Under the pieces are notes generated by a model. That model was not told the origin of the DNA, did no database searches, and was given only the letters and a program-made list of their open reading frames with translations. The position numbers and the translations under genes were made by a program. From the human T2T-CHM13v2.0 reference genome, Homo sapiens: DNA of 64,000 nt. The stretch is from the NCBI RefSeq assembly GCF_009914755.1, contig NC_060939.1; one strand, 5' to 3'. Positions 14,205-29,278 of this stretch are shown here, piece after piece (positions within the stretch are counted from its first letter, which is position 1; every line of letters begins with the position of its first letter).

Positions 14205-16251
14205 CTTTAAAGGTTATGGTAGGTGGAAAACAAAGATGCTCTAGGTCAGAGGGGCAGCTTATATGGAAATTAGGAAATGAGACACTGCAGTTAGTGTACG
14301 AAGTTGAAATCAGCCAAGTGTCACTGTAGTATACTGTGAAGAGTGGAATAGCTAAGACCTGAGAAGTAAACCAGGTCCACATGAGCTATATAAGGCCCTT
14401 CACTTTATCCTGCAGGTTTGGATAGCCACTGAAAGAGCTGAATAAAATAGCTGCTTAGGTTTCTCCTTGCATTTCCCAAGCAGTAAGTTGTGTTAGAACT
14501 GCGTGGTAATTTTTTGAAGGGAGTTGAAGAAAAAGGAAAAGAGGTAAAAATATTGAATGTAATAGTTCTACATTTTAAATTTATTGTACTGATGTTTGTC
14601 GTACTATGTACCAGGCATTTTGCTAAACACTGGGAATATAGTGGTAACTGGCCCTATTGCTGCCTTTTTCCTAATAAGATGATATGCTGGCTATTTTATT
14701 ATCTTATGGCAGAAGTGCTTTTGTTAGATACACTTCAATATCGACTTAAGACCCTTAGAATGCCAAGATTTTTATGTTTCTCATCAGATATTAATCATTA
14801 AGCATATAACTATTATAAGATAAGATATTATACTGCTATTCAAGCCAGAAGTTCATTTAGGGCAGAAGATACTAGGTGCTTCCCGTGTTTCTCAATGTTC
14901 TGTGTCAGCCTGTAAGGTGAGATGTATATAGTCTAAATGATCTTTCAGTTCTCTTATATATAGATGGGTAATGCGGACATGCAGTTTTGTGAAACCTGGC
15001 ACTTCAAACACACAATTTAAAATTAAAGAGACAGCTGTATAGTTTTCATATTTATTTTGAAGTTATTTTTGTGGCTCTGTTCTCAGAGAGAGACTAGGGA
15101 TCTAGATTCTACAGAAAGACACCTTCTTGCATAGATTAGTCATAACTCAACTTTTTAATTTACAATTATGCAATCAGTGCTGTACTGGTAAAAGAAATTC
15201 CAAATGATAGTATGAATTATATTTTAGAAAATGAGACATACCTTATAATTTTCTAGGTTTTTGTTTAGTTGGTTGATTTTCAAATTTCTAACGTGTTTCA
15301 CTGATTGTGTATGCTAAGGGTATTTTATAAAGAAAATTTGATATGGGATTATGGTTTTTTCCTCAAATAATGTTTCTTGTAGTTCTCATTTTAATTCATT
15401 AGCAGTAAAACATGAGAAGGTAAACCTTCCATATTGTTTTTAAAATGTTAGTGATTTTTAAGACTTGGTAAATAGGCACTACATGCTTAAGCCTTCTAGA
15501 ATAACCCAAAGCTTTATTATGCACGTTGGACTTTATCTCCTGTAACTCAGTGGAGAATATTTTTCTGTCATGCTTTGTTTTTATATAAATTTTCTTTTCA
15601 AATATCTGGTTTATTTTGTGGTAATTTCTGGGCTTAAGTGTTATTTCCAGAATGTATCTCGAAAACTTTAAAAATGTTTATGCTCTGAAAAAAGAACGTA
15701 GAAGTAGCAACTAGTATTTGTAGAGGAATTCAAGACATTAGCTTGCTTTTTTTGCGCCACCCACGTTCATATAGGATTATCCCATAATATTATATAATTA
15801 AAATATTTTTATTGTGGTTTTCCACATTTATGTAGTTGAATTAAGTTTTTAAAAATGGTTTCGTTACTTTGGTCTCTTATAAACCTATCAGTTTTGTGCT
15901 GTAGGACAGTATAAAATAATGTTTTAGATATTTTGTGAAAGTTATTTGATATTAGACTCTCAAATCCTACTTAATATGTCACTTATTAGTAAAGTAGATA
16001 TCTGTATTTAATATTCTAACTAGCATATATTTGCTATATTATCCATTTATTTATTGAATGGTTAGTGTACTGGGTTACTAAGCTCAATGTTTAATAGGGC
16101 AGAGAGAACAGTATTAAAATTTTAAATCTTATTAAGTTTTGATGATCAGTTAAAATAATGTATGTGAAAGCATTTTGAGAACTATAGGTTGCTTCTGGAT
16201 GCAGGCAACAGAAGACCTCACTGAAATTGGTCTTAAAAATAGGGGTATTGG

Positions 16252-16316
16252 GGGACAGAGCGAGGCTCCATCTCAAAAAATAAATAAATAAATAAATAAA
16301 AATAAATTAAAAAAAA
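16252..16316 (+). mobile_element. Extremely 5'-truncated Alu (about 23 nt plus (TAAA)n tail) inside an old MaLR LTR
   Basis: gacagagcgaggctccatctc followed by A-rich tail. ggggtattgg is duplicated on both flanks. Confidence 0.8.
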
Positions 16317-16503
16317 GGGGGGGGGTATTGGTTATTTCATGTAAGAAAAATTCCAGCAGCATGGTAGAGATTTGGCTGTGTTCAAGCGGGCTCCAGGTCT
16401 CTGCCTTTGCCCATGCATCATTGTCTTCACACTGGCTTTTTCATGTCGATAAAATGGCAGTGGTAGCTCTAGGCCTTATATGTGAACACAGCATCATATA
16501 AAG

Positions 16504-16668
16504 CAGCACTATCTAATAGAATTTGTTCCATATTTGTGCTGTCCAATATAGTAGCCATTAACTATGTGTAGTTATTGAGTGTGTAGTGCAACTGAAAAAC
16601 CTGAGTTTTTAATCTTTTTAAATTTTAATTTAACCACATGTGGCGATTGGTTACTATATTGTTGAGCA
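16504..16668. mobile_element. MER3-like hAT DNA transposon
   Basis: gtgctgtccaatatagtagcca...ccacatgtggc..tggttactatattg. Confidence 0.7.
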
Positions 16669-18529
16669 TCTATCTAAAGTATCAGAGATCAGTTGTGTCC
16701 CAGAATCCACAGCAGATGTTCTAAAATTAATTCTAATTGTACTGTTTAAATCGCTTGCCTCTCCATCTCCCACTCTGAAAACACTAAACACAGTGGTAGA
16801 GAAAGGATAGAATATCCTGATTGGCTTATTGTAGCTAGATGTTACACCCCTGGGATTTACTACAAAACTAAAGTAATTCAGTGTGGTATTTGCATAGGGA
16901 TAGGCATGTAGTTCAATAGAACAGAATAGAGAGCTCAGAAATGTACCCACATATACATGGTTAATTGATTTTTGACAAAAGAGCCAAGGTAAATCAATGA
17001 GAAAAGGACAGTCTTTTCAATAAATGGTGCTGGAAAACCTGGATATCCATATAGAAAAAAAATAAGCCTCAGTATTTACCTTACATCATATACAAAATGT
17101 TTATGGAATAGCGGCTTTGCATAGGGGAGTAATCAAAGGTAAGGAAGAGACAAATTGAATATAGTTGATAGATGGTCTTGAATACCCAGCTGTGGTATTT
17201 AATATTTGTCCTATAGGCATTGGGCAGCCTTTAGAGGGGTGTTTAAAAGTTTTAAGTAGTCAAGTCATTGTTACAGGAATTAATCTGGCAGCAGATTAGC
17301 AGTATTTTAAAAGAAGTGTGTAGCTTTTAAAACTAAACTAAATTATCTCACTTATTACTCATGATAGGCTTTAGTAATGTTGAGAATTATAGAAAGAGGA
17401 ATGCAATTCCATTTGGTTTGAATGGAGAGGGGAGATTAAAGTGGGGGGTTAGGCCATGTTCTAAGGAATAGAATATATTGACACATCATGCTGTTTAAAA
17501 ATTGATTTATAGAAAATTTGCATAATTGTAAAACATATATATTATTATAGAGAGAGAGAATTGACCTAATAATGCTGTGAAAAGTGGTTTGTGTGTTATA
17601 AAACAGTTAGGAAACTCTGATCTGGCTCTCTCTTTCATTTAACTGATGAGGAAGCCGCGTCCAAATTGAGCAAGAAAGACTGTAGATCCTTTGAGGCAAA
17701 GACTTCGCTAAGGAACATTAGTATTTTTCACAGTGCTCAGTAAAGATTCAGCACACAGCTTAATAATGACCTATAAAATGGAACTAAAGGTAGTGTTGTG
17801 TACTTCCGCATTCACTTAATCATAAATTAAGAGTATTTATGATACTCAGTTAAAACTTCATCAAATATTACAAAATCTAGTAGGGACAAAAATATAAAAT
17901 ATGTTTAAGTTGAAGGAACACTCAGTGTGTAGGAGGTGATTCTTTTTACTCTGTTAACACTGGAAATGATAACTTTATTTCCTTATCTCCCCATCCTCCA
18001 CATCTACTAACATATATTACTTCCAGCCTTTAGAGAAGTAAATGTACTTAAAAAGATAAGTATAGAGGCCTCTGCTGTATTGCAGTGTATGCATTCTTGA
18101 ATAATCTCATAAACCGCAAAACCTATGCAGCTTTGTATTCTGCACATGAACATAAATGATAATTGGAGGGATAGCTTGAAATGCTCAGTGAGGCATCTTA
18201 GTAGCTAGTGGCCACTATGGTGGGTCCTGTAAATACACAAAATTACTTGAATAGAAATGCTGGCAGCACTTGAATTAGGATGGGCTAGTGCATCTTAGGA
18301 CAATATGATATGATTTCCAGTGTGATAACTTCATGATTGGAGTATACATTCCCAGAGCTTTCAGTAACCTAATTAATCAGGTTAATACTGTAGTAGTACT
18401 GTCACATTACCTTGTATCTTTATAAATAATTGCTCCAGACATCCTTAACTATCATGTGAAATTGAATGCATATTTTAATTGCTTATTGAAATGTGGTAGG
18501 CATACCTGAGATTAACTTTTTTGCTCTTC

Positions 18530-19030
18530 TTTTAAATGAGATATAATTCGTATACCATAAAATTCACCAGTGTAGATTATGCAGTTCAGTGGTTCTTAGT
18601 CCATTCACAAGTTGGTACAACCATGAACGCTATCTAATTCTAGAACATTTTCATCAATCCGAAAAGAAACCCAGTACCCATTAGCAATCACTTACCAACT
18701 CCTCCTTCCCCTACATCCTGGCAACCACTAATGTACTTTCTGTGTCTATGGATTTACCTGTTCTGGGAATTTGATATAGATGGAGTCATGCAATATGTTC
18801 TTTTGTCCAGCTTTTTCACTTAGCATAATGTTTTCAAGGTCCATCCGTATGGTAGCTGTATCAGTCCTTCATTCTGTGAGCAAATAGTATTCCATTTGCT
18901 ACTGTGAAGTTTGTATACAAGTTTTGGTATGGGTATAAGTTTTCACTTCTCTTGGGTATCTAGTTAGTAGTAGAATTTCCTGGATTGTGTGGTAAGTTCT
19001 GTGTTTAACTTTTTGAGGAACTGCCAAACC
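18530..19030 (-). mobile_element. Old L1 (L1MB-like) 3' end
   Basis: gagatataattc...tagaacattttcatca...cctggcaaccactaat...tttgaggaactgccaaac. Confidence 0.8.
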
Positions 19031-19129
19031 CTGTCCTACATCTAACTTAAAAAAAAAAATAGCAAAAACATCAACTAAAACCAATAACTTTATGGATATT
19101 ATTAGAAAATGGTTGATTTTTTTTAAAAT

Positions 19130-20560
19130 TTTGATATTGTTGGGCTAGGTTATCTGGATCAACTCTTCTGTTGAAGACATCTAAAAACTAGATAAACTGT
19201 AAAAACAGAACAAAAAAACTTTTTTACGTTATCAAAGAGCTCAAGGAATATGCCAGGCCAAAATTTAAGAGAAGGTAAGAACATAAAGGTAAAAAAGTAT
19301 TTAAAGTTCTAACCACCCTGAATCATTTGCCCATCTGGATAAAGCAGTTTGTAAAACTGAGATTTGGGTTCTGATAGATTTGGGTTCTGATAGATTCAGA
19401 ATCAAGGGGAAAATGATCACTTCTAGGTTTATGAGCCTAATAGATACCCCCAAAACCCTTTAAACTGGGGCCTTAAGAAAAGAGGAAAATCCACTGCCTT
19501 CTCCTGCTCCCAAAGGATTCCAAGGAGAGTTATTTAGTACTGAGCAGATAGGGGAAAGAAGAGAACACGAAAAGAAAAATAGAACATATCTGACAGATTG
19601 TAAACCAAGTTACCAGCATTGTGTGGAATCGTAGTTCCAAGTCATATAATACCAGACATTCAAGAAAACTAGTGCCCTGTTAACTGGGGGAAGCAAATTT
19701 ATATCCTTTTTGAAGAAAGTCACCTTATTCTGTGTATCAGAAATCTCTTTCAAATAACCTTTCAGAACTATAGAGCATCATACAAAGATGACCAAGCATA
19801 CAAGAAAACAAGGCACAGTGAGGAAAACACAGCAGGATACAGCAGAAAATAGCTCTTATATATTTCAGATGACATTGTTATTATATGTAGATTATAGAAC
19901 AGTTTCACTTTCTATGTTTTAAGAAATAAGCTTGAAAATATCAGTAGGAAACAGGAAGTTATATAGGAATTGACATAGCAGAGTTGAATGAAATACTTCA
20001 AGATGTGAAAAAATACGATGACCAAAACTAATTAATGCAGTAAACATGGTGGAAGTAGATTTTCCATAACCGCAGAGAGAATTTGTGAACCAAAGATAGA
20101 AGAAATTATCTAGAATTCAATGCAAATATTAAAAGGCAGAAAATATCAAGAAAGGTTTAAAGAAAAGGAGGATCATGTTTAGAAGTTCTAGCTTATGCTT
20201 AATTGGCATTGTAGAAGACGGAAACAGAGAATCGGGTAGAGGCAATATTTGATGAGATAATGACACAATTTTCTAGGATTGATGAAAGCCCACCATCCTT
20301 AGATTTAAGAAATTCAAATCCCATGCAGAGTAAATGTGTAAAAAAAAAAACAAACAAAAACTCTATATAGACATAGTGAAACTGTGCAGAAAACAAAGAC
20401 AAGAAAGACGTAAAGAAACTATCCTCAAAAGAGTGCTATTTCCAAATAACAAATGAAATCTGGAGTCAATGAAATGATATCCTAAGTGTGCTGTTTAGGA
20501 AGGGAGTAGAATGCAACCTAGAGTTCTATACCCAGAGAAAATTTCGACAGGGAAAGCATA
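19130..20560 (+). mobile_element. Old L1M 5'/ORF1 remnants
   Basis: A-rich sequence with degenerate ORF1 motifs (gaggcaatatttgatgagataatg, caacctagagttctatacccag). Confidence 0.6.
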
Positions 20561-21934
20561 ACACCTGTATATCAGTGTTACAATCAAACCATCTACTGCT
20601 TTGGAAGAAAGGGCCAAGACCAAGTCAGGCTGCCATGGTAAGCAGTCTTCATCGAATGACCAGATGATCTCTACAGTCTTCATGTGGACGATGATCTATG
20701 TCTAATTTATCAGTAAATATCAGCATCTAGTAGGGTGCTTTCGATAAATTTTGTTGAATGAAAGAAAAAAGGCAAATTAAGGTATTTATTCAGTAAACAA
20801 AAAGGGATAGTGAAGAACCAAGCTCCAGGACTTTTGAAGATAGACTTTCTTGTCTGTGGTGCACTGAGAATCAGCTCTATCTTAGTATTCATTTACGTGT
20901 GGAGATCTAGAACAGAGTTACATTCTTTCTGGTGACAAGCTGAGACTACCTGGCTGCTCAATATCCAGCTCCTGGGAGACAAGGGCCTCAAAACTGTTGG
21001 GATTGGGGGGTGGGGCAGGTAGGGAATCTTACTACCATTTGTTAGGATTTTTACCATCAAACCTAGGAGTAGCTTGGAACTGGGTAAGATCTTAGAATTT
21101 AGAGAAGCCATAGCCTGAACACCACACACTTCTCACTGAGGAAGATAGGGGTGATAAGATCATGGAGGAACTGGAGAGGAATATGAAGACAGTGCCTACA
21201 ACCACCACATACACAGTAAACATTCTCTCTTCTCAGTGGTTGAAGTTGTTCTTGATTACAGCTCTCTTATCTGTTCTCCCTTTGATTTGCTGACTGATGG
21301 ATGCAGTCCATTTAAGAAATGAGCATAGCATATTGGAAAGAGCACTAGACTTAGATTCTAGTCCCAGTTCTGTCACTTAACAGCTATGTGTTGAGGTGAG
21401 GTGAGGGAAGAGTACTTGGATCTCTGGATCTCTTTTAACTTTAATATTCTCCTCTATAAGGGTAGAAGATGAACTAGAGGATCACAACAGTACCATTTAG
21501 TTTTCCGTTCAGTGGCAATTTTGACATACTTTTTTGAGCATACATAATCTCAGAATCCTATGCCTCAAAACTTTGATTCATTGGACAGATTTCAAGAAAA
21601 ATATAATTTAACAAATGTAATAAAGAAAAAATAGAAAAATTGAATAATCTTGTCAAGTTTTCCACAAAACTACAAGTCCAGATGGCTGCATAAGAAAATA
21701 CTAGCAAATTTTTAAGAAGGAAGTAATTCCAGTATTTCACAAACCCTTCCAAAGAATAGTAAAAACAAAGAGCTTTCCTTTCCTCGTTATCTAAAATTAG
21801 CCTAACTTTGATAGCAAAACCAGCTAGGAGAGTTGCAAAGATAATAATCAGAAGCCAGTCTCACTGAACATAAATGTGAAAGTCTTCAGCAAAATATTAG
21901 TCTACTTCGTGTTCACATCTTTCTTATGGGAGAC

Positions 21935-22026
21935 TTTTTTGTTTGTTTGTTTTTGAGATGGAGTTTCGCTCTTGTTGCCCAGGCTGGAGTGCAATGGCGT
22001 GATCTTGGCTCACCCCGACCTCCGCC
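21935..22026 (-). mobile_element. 5'-truncated Alu right-arm fragment
   Basis: gagatggagtttcgctcttgttgcccaggctggagtgcaatgg. TSD tgggagac at 21927-21934 and 22027-22034. Confidence 0.88.
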
Positions 22027-22049
22027 TGGGAGACATTTTTATTTTCAGA

Positions 22050-22448
22050 ATGACCCATTTTCTCTACTGTTTGGGCACAAAACTAGACTCTGTATTAGCC
22101 TCCCCTGTGGTTAGGAGTGGCCATGTGACTGACCTCTGACCAAGGAGATGTGAGTGAAAATGATGCAGGCTGCTTCCAGGTGTGACCAGTAAGATACTTC
22201 CCACATAATCTTCGTACTCTTTCTTCCCTGTTTGGCATCCCATGTGCTAAGAATGGGAACCCTGAGGTCCTATATGTGGAACCATAAGGTAAATGTCTTT
22301 GGGCTCTGAATCTCACACAGGGCTCACTGAGAATAAGAAACATCCTTCTTGGGCTTTGTATGAATAAGAAAGAAATAAACTTTCATTGTGTTAAGCCACT
22401 GAGATTTATGGATTTATTAAAGCATCTAGCATTACTTATACTAATACA
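22050..22448 (+). mobile_element. MLT1-type MaLR LTR
   Basis: gtggccatgtgact...aataaac...tgtgttaagccactgagattt...ctaataca terminus. Confidence 0.75.
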
Positions 22449-22449
22449 G

Positions 22450-24050
22450 AGATTAAATCTAGTGATATGTAGAAGAGATAATATATTATGACTAAGTTGA
22501 ATGTATCCTAGTAGAGTTATACCATATTCATAGATCAGAAGTCTCAAATTATATATATCTGTGCCACATAAGATAATCTCTGTAGAGTTGATGAAATATC
22601 AATCAGAATCCCAAGAAATACTTTTTGAAAGAACTTCAACAACTGATTCTAAAGTTCACAGAGAAAATAGAACAGAAGACACTGAAGAAGAACAAGGTGA
22701 GAGGGTTTGCACTGCAATATATTGAGACTAATTTTAAAGCTATAATAATGAACATACAGTGGCAGTGGCACAAATACCAAATGCCAAACGTACCAATGGA
22801 ATAATAGCTCAGAAACAGGACCATGCATATTTAGATACTTAATATATGATAGAGTGGCAGAACAAACTCCTTAAGCAGTGGTATAGGGACAATTGGGTAT
22901 CCATGTAGAAAACTCATGAAATTGGACTTACCTCAGATTTTATACAAAATTACCTCCAGGATGCTTATAGACCTAAATGTAAAAGGCAAAATTATAAAGC
23001 TATTTGCAGGATAATATAGGAGAATATCTTCATAATTTTGGAAAGGATTTCTTATATAAGGCATAAAAATCACTATCATATGGATAACTGGAAAGGAAAA
23101 AACTGATAAATTTGACTCCGTTTAAGAACTCTGCATCCAAAGATAAGCGTTTTTTTTTTTTTTTTAATGCTACATAATGGGAAGATATTTTTACAATGTA
23201 TAAAATTAGCCAAGGGCTTACATTGACTACTTATAAAATAATTACTATAAAAATAAATAATTAAAAGAACTACTATAAAACAATTATCAAAAGGCAGTAG
23301 AAAACTTAGCAAAGTACTTGAATAGGTGCCTCACAAAAGAGAACATCCATGTGGCCTATAGATATGAAATGTGCTTCATTTCATTAGTAGTTGGTATTGC
23401 AAATTAAATCCCACAGGTAGGAATGCATATTGATACAATTACTTTAAAAGACAGTTTGGCATTATCTAGTATAACTGAAGATCCACATGTTTTATGAACT
23501 AATACTTCTATTCCTAAGAATACATACCCAAGAGAAATGTGTGCACATTATGCAGTAGACTATCTACAGAAATGTCCACAGCAGCATTTTTATAGATTCA
23601 AAAGATTGAAGCCACTCCAATGTCTGTCTGTTGTAGAATGGATAAAGCTTTTTTTTCAAGCCATGTAATACAGTATTTAGTGAAAATGAGCCAGCTATAA
23701 CTCTGTGTAACTCTATGGCGGAATCTCATAAACAGTGTTAATACTGAATAGTGTACTGTGTGTGGTTCCATTTACATATCATTCACAAATAGGCATAGCT
23801 AAATTATATTTTTAGGGATATGTATATATGTGGTAAATGTATAAAGAAAATCCAGATAATTGTCATCACAGAGTTAGGATGGTATTAACTGTAAAGGTGG
23901 GAGGAGAGGGTTATGGGATGAAGGGAGATAGGGAGGGTTCTGGCCTTGGTCTATTTTTTTGACTTGATTGAAATGACTGATGTTCACTTTATAATTATTT
24001 GTTGAATTTTATATAAACTTGTACATACCTTACATATTTCACAATTTTTA
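22450..24050 (+). mobile_element. Old L1M (L1ME-like) ORF2 end and 3' UTR
   Basis: ctgattctaaagttcac, atagacctaaatgtaaaaggcaaa, cacaaaagagaacatcc, gtagaatggataaa in L1 order. Confidence 0.75.
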
Positions 24051-24210
24051 AAAATTGTTTTTATGTGTTGTCAGAGTAGCTAGAAAGAATAGTATATGTT
24101 TCAAAATTGGAAATAATTATTTACAATGAGGAAAGACAACTTTTCTCATTTTTAAAATATCACAATAATCTAGTTTCAATTTCCTGAAACTTAAGACATG
24201 ATTTCTTTTT

Positions 24211-24514
24211 TCCTCTTTTTTTTTTTTTTGAGACAGAGTCTTGTTCTGTCACCCAGGCTGGAGTGCAATGGCACCATCTCAGCTCACTGCAACCTCCACC
24301 TCCTGGGGTTAAAGCGATTCTCCTGCCTCATCCTCCTGAGTACCTGGAATTACAGGTGTCTGCCACTACGCCCAGCTAATTTTTTTGTATTTGGAGTAGA
24401 GACAGGGTTTCACCATGTTGGCCAGGCTGGTTTCAAACTCCTGACCTAAAGTGATCTGCCTGTCTCTGCCTCCCAAAGTGCTAGGATTACAGGCATGAGC
24501 CACCGCGCCCGGCC
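24211..24514 (-). mobile_element. AluS element
   Basis: Full antisense Alu. TSD aag(a/c)catgatttcttt. Confidence 0.93.
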
Positions 24515-27004
24515 CAAGCCATGATTTCTTTATTTTACAAGCACTTGCTTATACTTATGCTAGATTTACTGACTACTTAGCCGGTGTTTATGGAGCATGT
24601 ACTGCTCAGCTGTGTCATAGCAATGAGATTTAAGGTGGGTGGTCAAATTTTTTGTGGGTTTATTTAATTGATTTAAATCAGTTAACTCCTCATGCATTTA
24701 AAAACCATGCATTTATACCTTTTGAGTAGTTTTAATTCCATAGTTTCACTTGTAAGTGCTATGATTCTATTAGCTTGGAATGGAATTTGGCAATAATAAA
24801 GTTGAGCGTATGTTAATTTTTTTTTTCAGTTCTTGGTAGGCAGGAGTTAAAAGTGCAGGCATGGGCTCTAGCAGATACTCCAGCAGTATAGGCTCTTCGA
24901 TCCAAAATGTAGTGTCATATGTCAAGATTCCAGAAAATGCAAGTCCCTTGGGATATTTATAAGTTCTTATTTAAGAGCCCATATGCTTTAAATATTTATT
25001 AAACATATTTAGAAAGATAATCCTGATTTATTTACTCTGTAAACAGATGCCAAAGATTATAGTAATATGCATTTGTGCACGTATATATATGCACACATTA
25101 TATACGGAAATGGACTGCACTTTTAACTCCTGACTACCAAGAACTGAAAACACTTTTAACATATGCTCAACTGTATAATTGTCAAATTCCATTCCAAACA
25201 AATAGAATCACATATATATATTTAAAATTTTAGACAAGCTTATTTTCCATGGAAGTTTTTATGTATATAAAACTTTTTATATTTTATGTATAAAAGTTTT
25301 ATATTTAACTATTTTTTATATATGTATAACATTTCCATGGAAAATGTGGCTAAAATTTTAAATATAGAATTTCTTGCTGAGTATTTAACATGAAAGAGCA
25401 TAAGCTAAAAGAAACGCATTTTAAATGAGTTGCCCTGCCTAATTAGTAATTCATTTTGAAATAAATTTTTGTAAGTTTATTATGTAAAAGAAAACCTCAA
25501 CATACTTAAAAAAAAGTTTATACAGTATTGTTTTTGTCCTCTCAAGTATCTTTTTTCTTTCTTTTTTCACCTCTTCCCTTAATCCTTTCCATCTCTAGTT
25601 TCACCAAGAGGTTTAGTATATAAACCAGAAAATGAGAGGCAGATGTACAGGGTCAGCCAAGTGGTAACATATACCCAGAATTCTGTAAATGTTTCCTTGA
25701 ATTTGAAAGGTAAGGTTGTCAGTACTCTATAAGTAGAATGATAGGACGTATGACTTTAAAGATTTTTGTTGGGGTAGATACCATTGTTTCAATCAGTTAT
25801 CTTTGACCAACAACAGTAATTAATCATCACTTCTAGGTTTGAGACTCTTTCTGGATTCTATGTTGTAGAGGTACTAGCCAGACTTATTTTGAGAAATATG
25901 TGACTTGGGTAAAGAGACTAATAATGTGTTACCTAAAGGATCACTAACAGTTTTCTTCCTCATGCTTCTTTGATTATAAGGGATAGAAACCCATTTAAAG
26001 TAGCTCCAACTAAAGAAAGAATTTGTTGAAAGAATGCAGACAGATAGCACTCAAAGGCAAGAGGCAGGAGTAGCTGGCTTCCTGAAGGCCGGACACCAGG
26101 AACTTCATATTAAGGGCTCCATGGTCTCTCATCTCTGCCACCAAGGCTGGTTTGCAAAATAACTCTCCTTGCAAGCACAACTGATAATCTTCATGTAGAA
26201 ATGAATTGATTTAAAACAGGTGAGAAATTCAAAATGATATTGAGGGGAACTGAATTGGTAACAATTTATGGAACAGATAGAATGGAGAGAGAGAAAAGTG
26301 GAAAAAAGATATAAGAGTCTAGACATAAGATAGTGCAGGCTTGAGTGAGTATGGGGACAGTAGAAATGGAAATAATATATAAAATTTGGTATTCCATGTG
26401 AATGTAGAGAGAGAACAAAGGGAATAAGGTCGACTAGGTTGGTAAGTCCAAAGGAGAGACCGGTTTAATAAAAGATAATGAATTCTATGGCAGTTAAGTT
26501 GAAATAGAAATGTTAGTAAAATATCCAAATGAAAGTGTGCAGCAGGCAGTTGGGATTATAAATCTTCCAAGTTGCAGATTAGATTTGGATGAAGGCATAA
26601 ACATTACTATCATAAAATTATAAAATGAACATATTAGAGATTTTATTTGAGTCATTAATGAATGAGGGAACAGTAAGATCATAAACAGAGGAGAACTCAA
26701 AAATATAACACATTTATAGTTAAAGAATGCAGAAGTAAATTTATAAATAGAAACAAAAGTGGCCAGTATCCACAGGGTGACAATCAATGGTATTCCACAG
26801 GAAACAATTTCTGGAAACAAGAATTATTTGCAGCTACTACAAGTTTTCTATAAGTTAACTAATGTCCATCTCTGCAGTGTTGTAAAATAGCCTCATCAAA
26901 GAAACGGAAGTGGATGTAACTAACCTAAATGGAGGTTCTAGCCAGGGCACTCACTAAGTTTCAGGCTTTCATTGTTTTTCCTTAAATTGGTATGGAAATT
27001 TTAA

Positions 27005-28358
<1,354 letters not shown>

Positions 28359-28941
28359 GATCAGCAAAGAAAAAAAAGGAAGGCTTTTAAAGTTCCTCTT
28401 CTTTTAGGTAAAACTGGTTTAATTAATGCTAGACAACAAAGCAAAACCTTCTAAGTTTGATTTGGGCATTTACAACACAGAAATAGTGTGGATATGATGT
28501 AGGGATTCCTTTTCCCTAGAAATATTTTTAGGCAGTATGCCCTCCTCTCTTCCTCCACCAGCTTGAATTTCATTTTAGATCTTAATAGCTTCCGACAGAA
28601 AGGAAGGTTGTGGGATTTGCTGTTTTAGACAGTTAACATTCTTAATGCTGCAATATAAATAACAATTTATGAATTACCACAAGAAGATTTTGAAGATGAG
28701 TATTGAAAGGCCACAGGCCCTGTCTTGTCATATTTCATCGATACTTGATATTATAACGAATACAGATTAATCAAATATTTTTAGAAAATTTTAAAGAACA
28801 GCATACTACTTCTTCCTTTTAAAAACCAATACTTGCTCCAATAATAAGTTCTATCGAGGGTTACTAGGAATCTCTTCCTGAGTTTAGATCTGAAATCAGT
28901 GAGTTGGGTGGTTTCACACTCGTAAGTGGTAAAATAGTTTT

Positions 28942-29278
<337 letters not shown>

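Noticed and set aside
20642-20700. ATGAT-containing segment resembling a C/D snoRNA
   Set aside because: No properly placed CTGA D box or terminal stem. Better explained as an imperfect short duplication (cagtcttcat...gatgatct).
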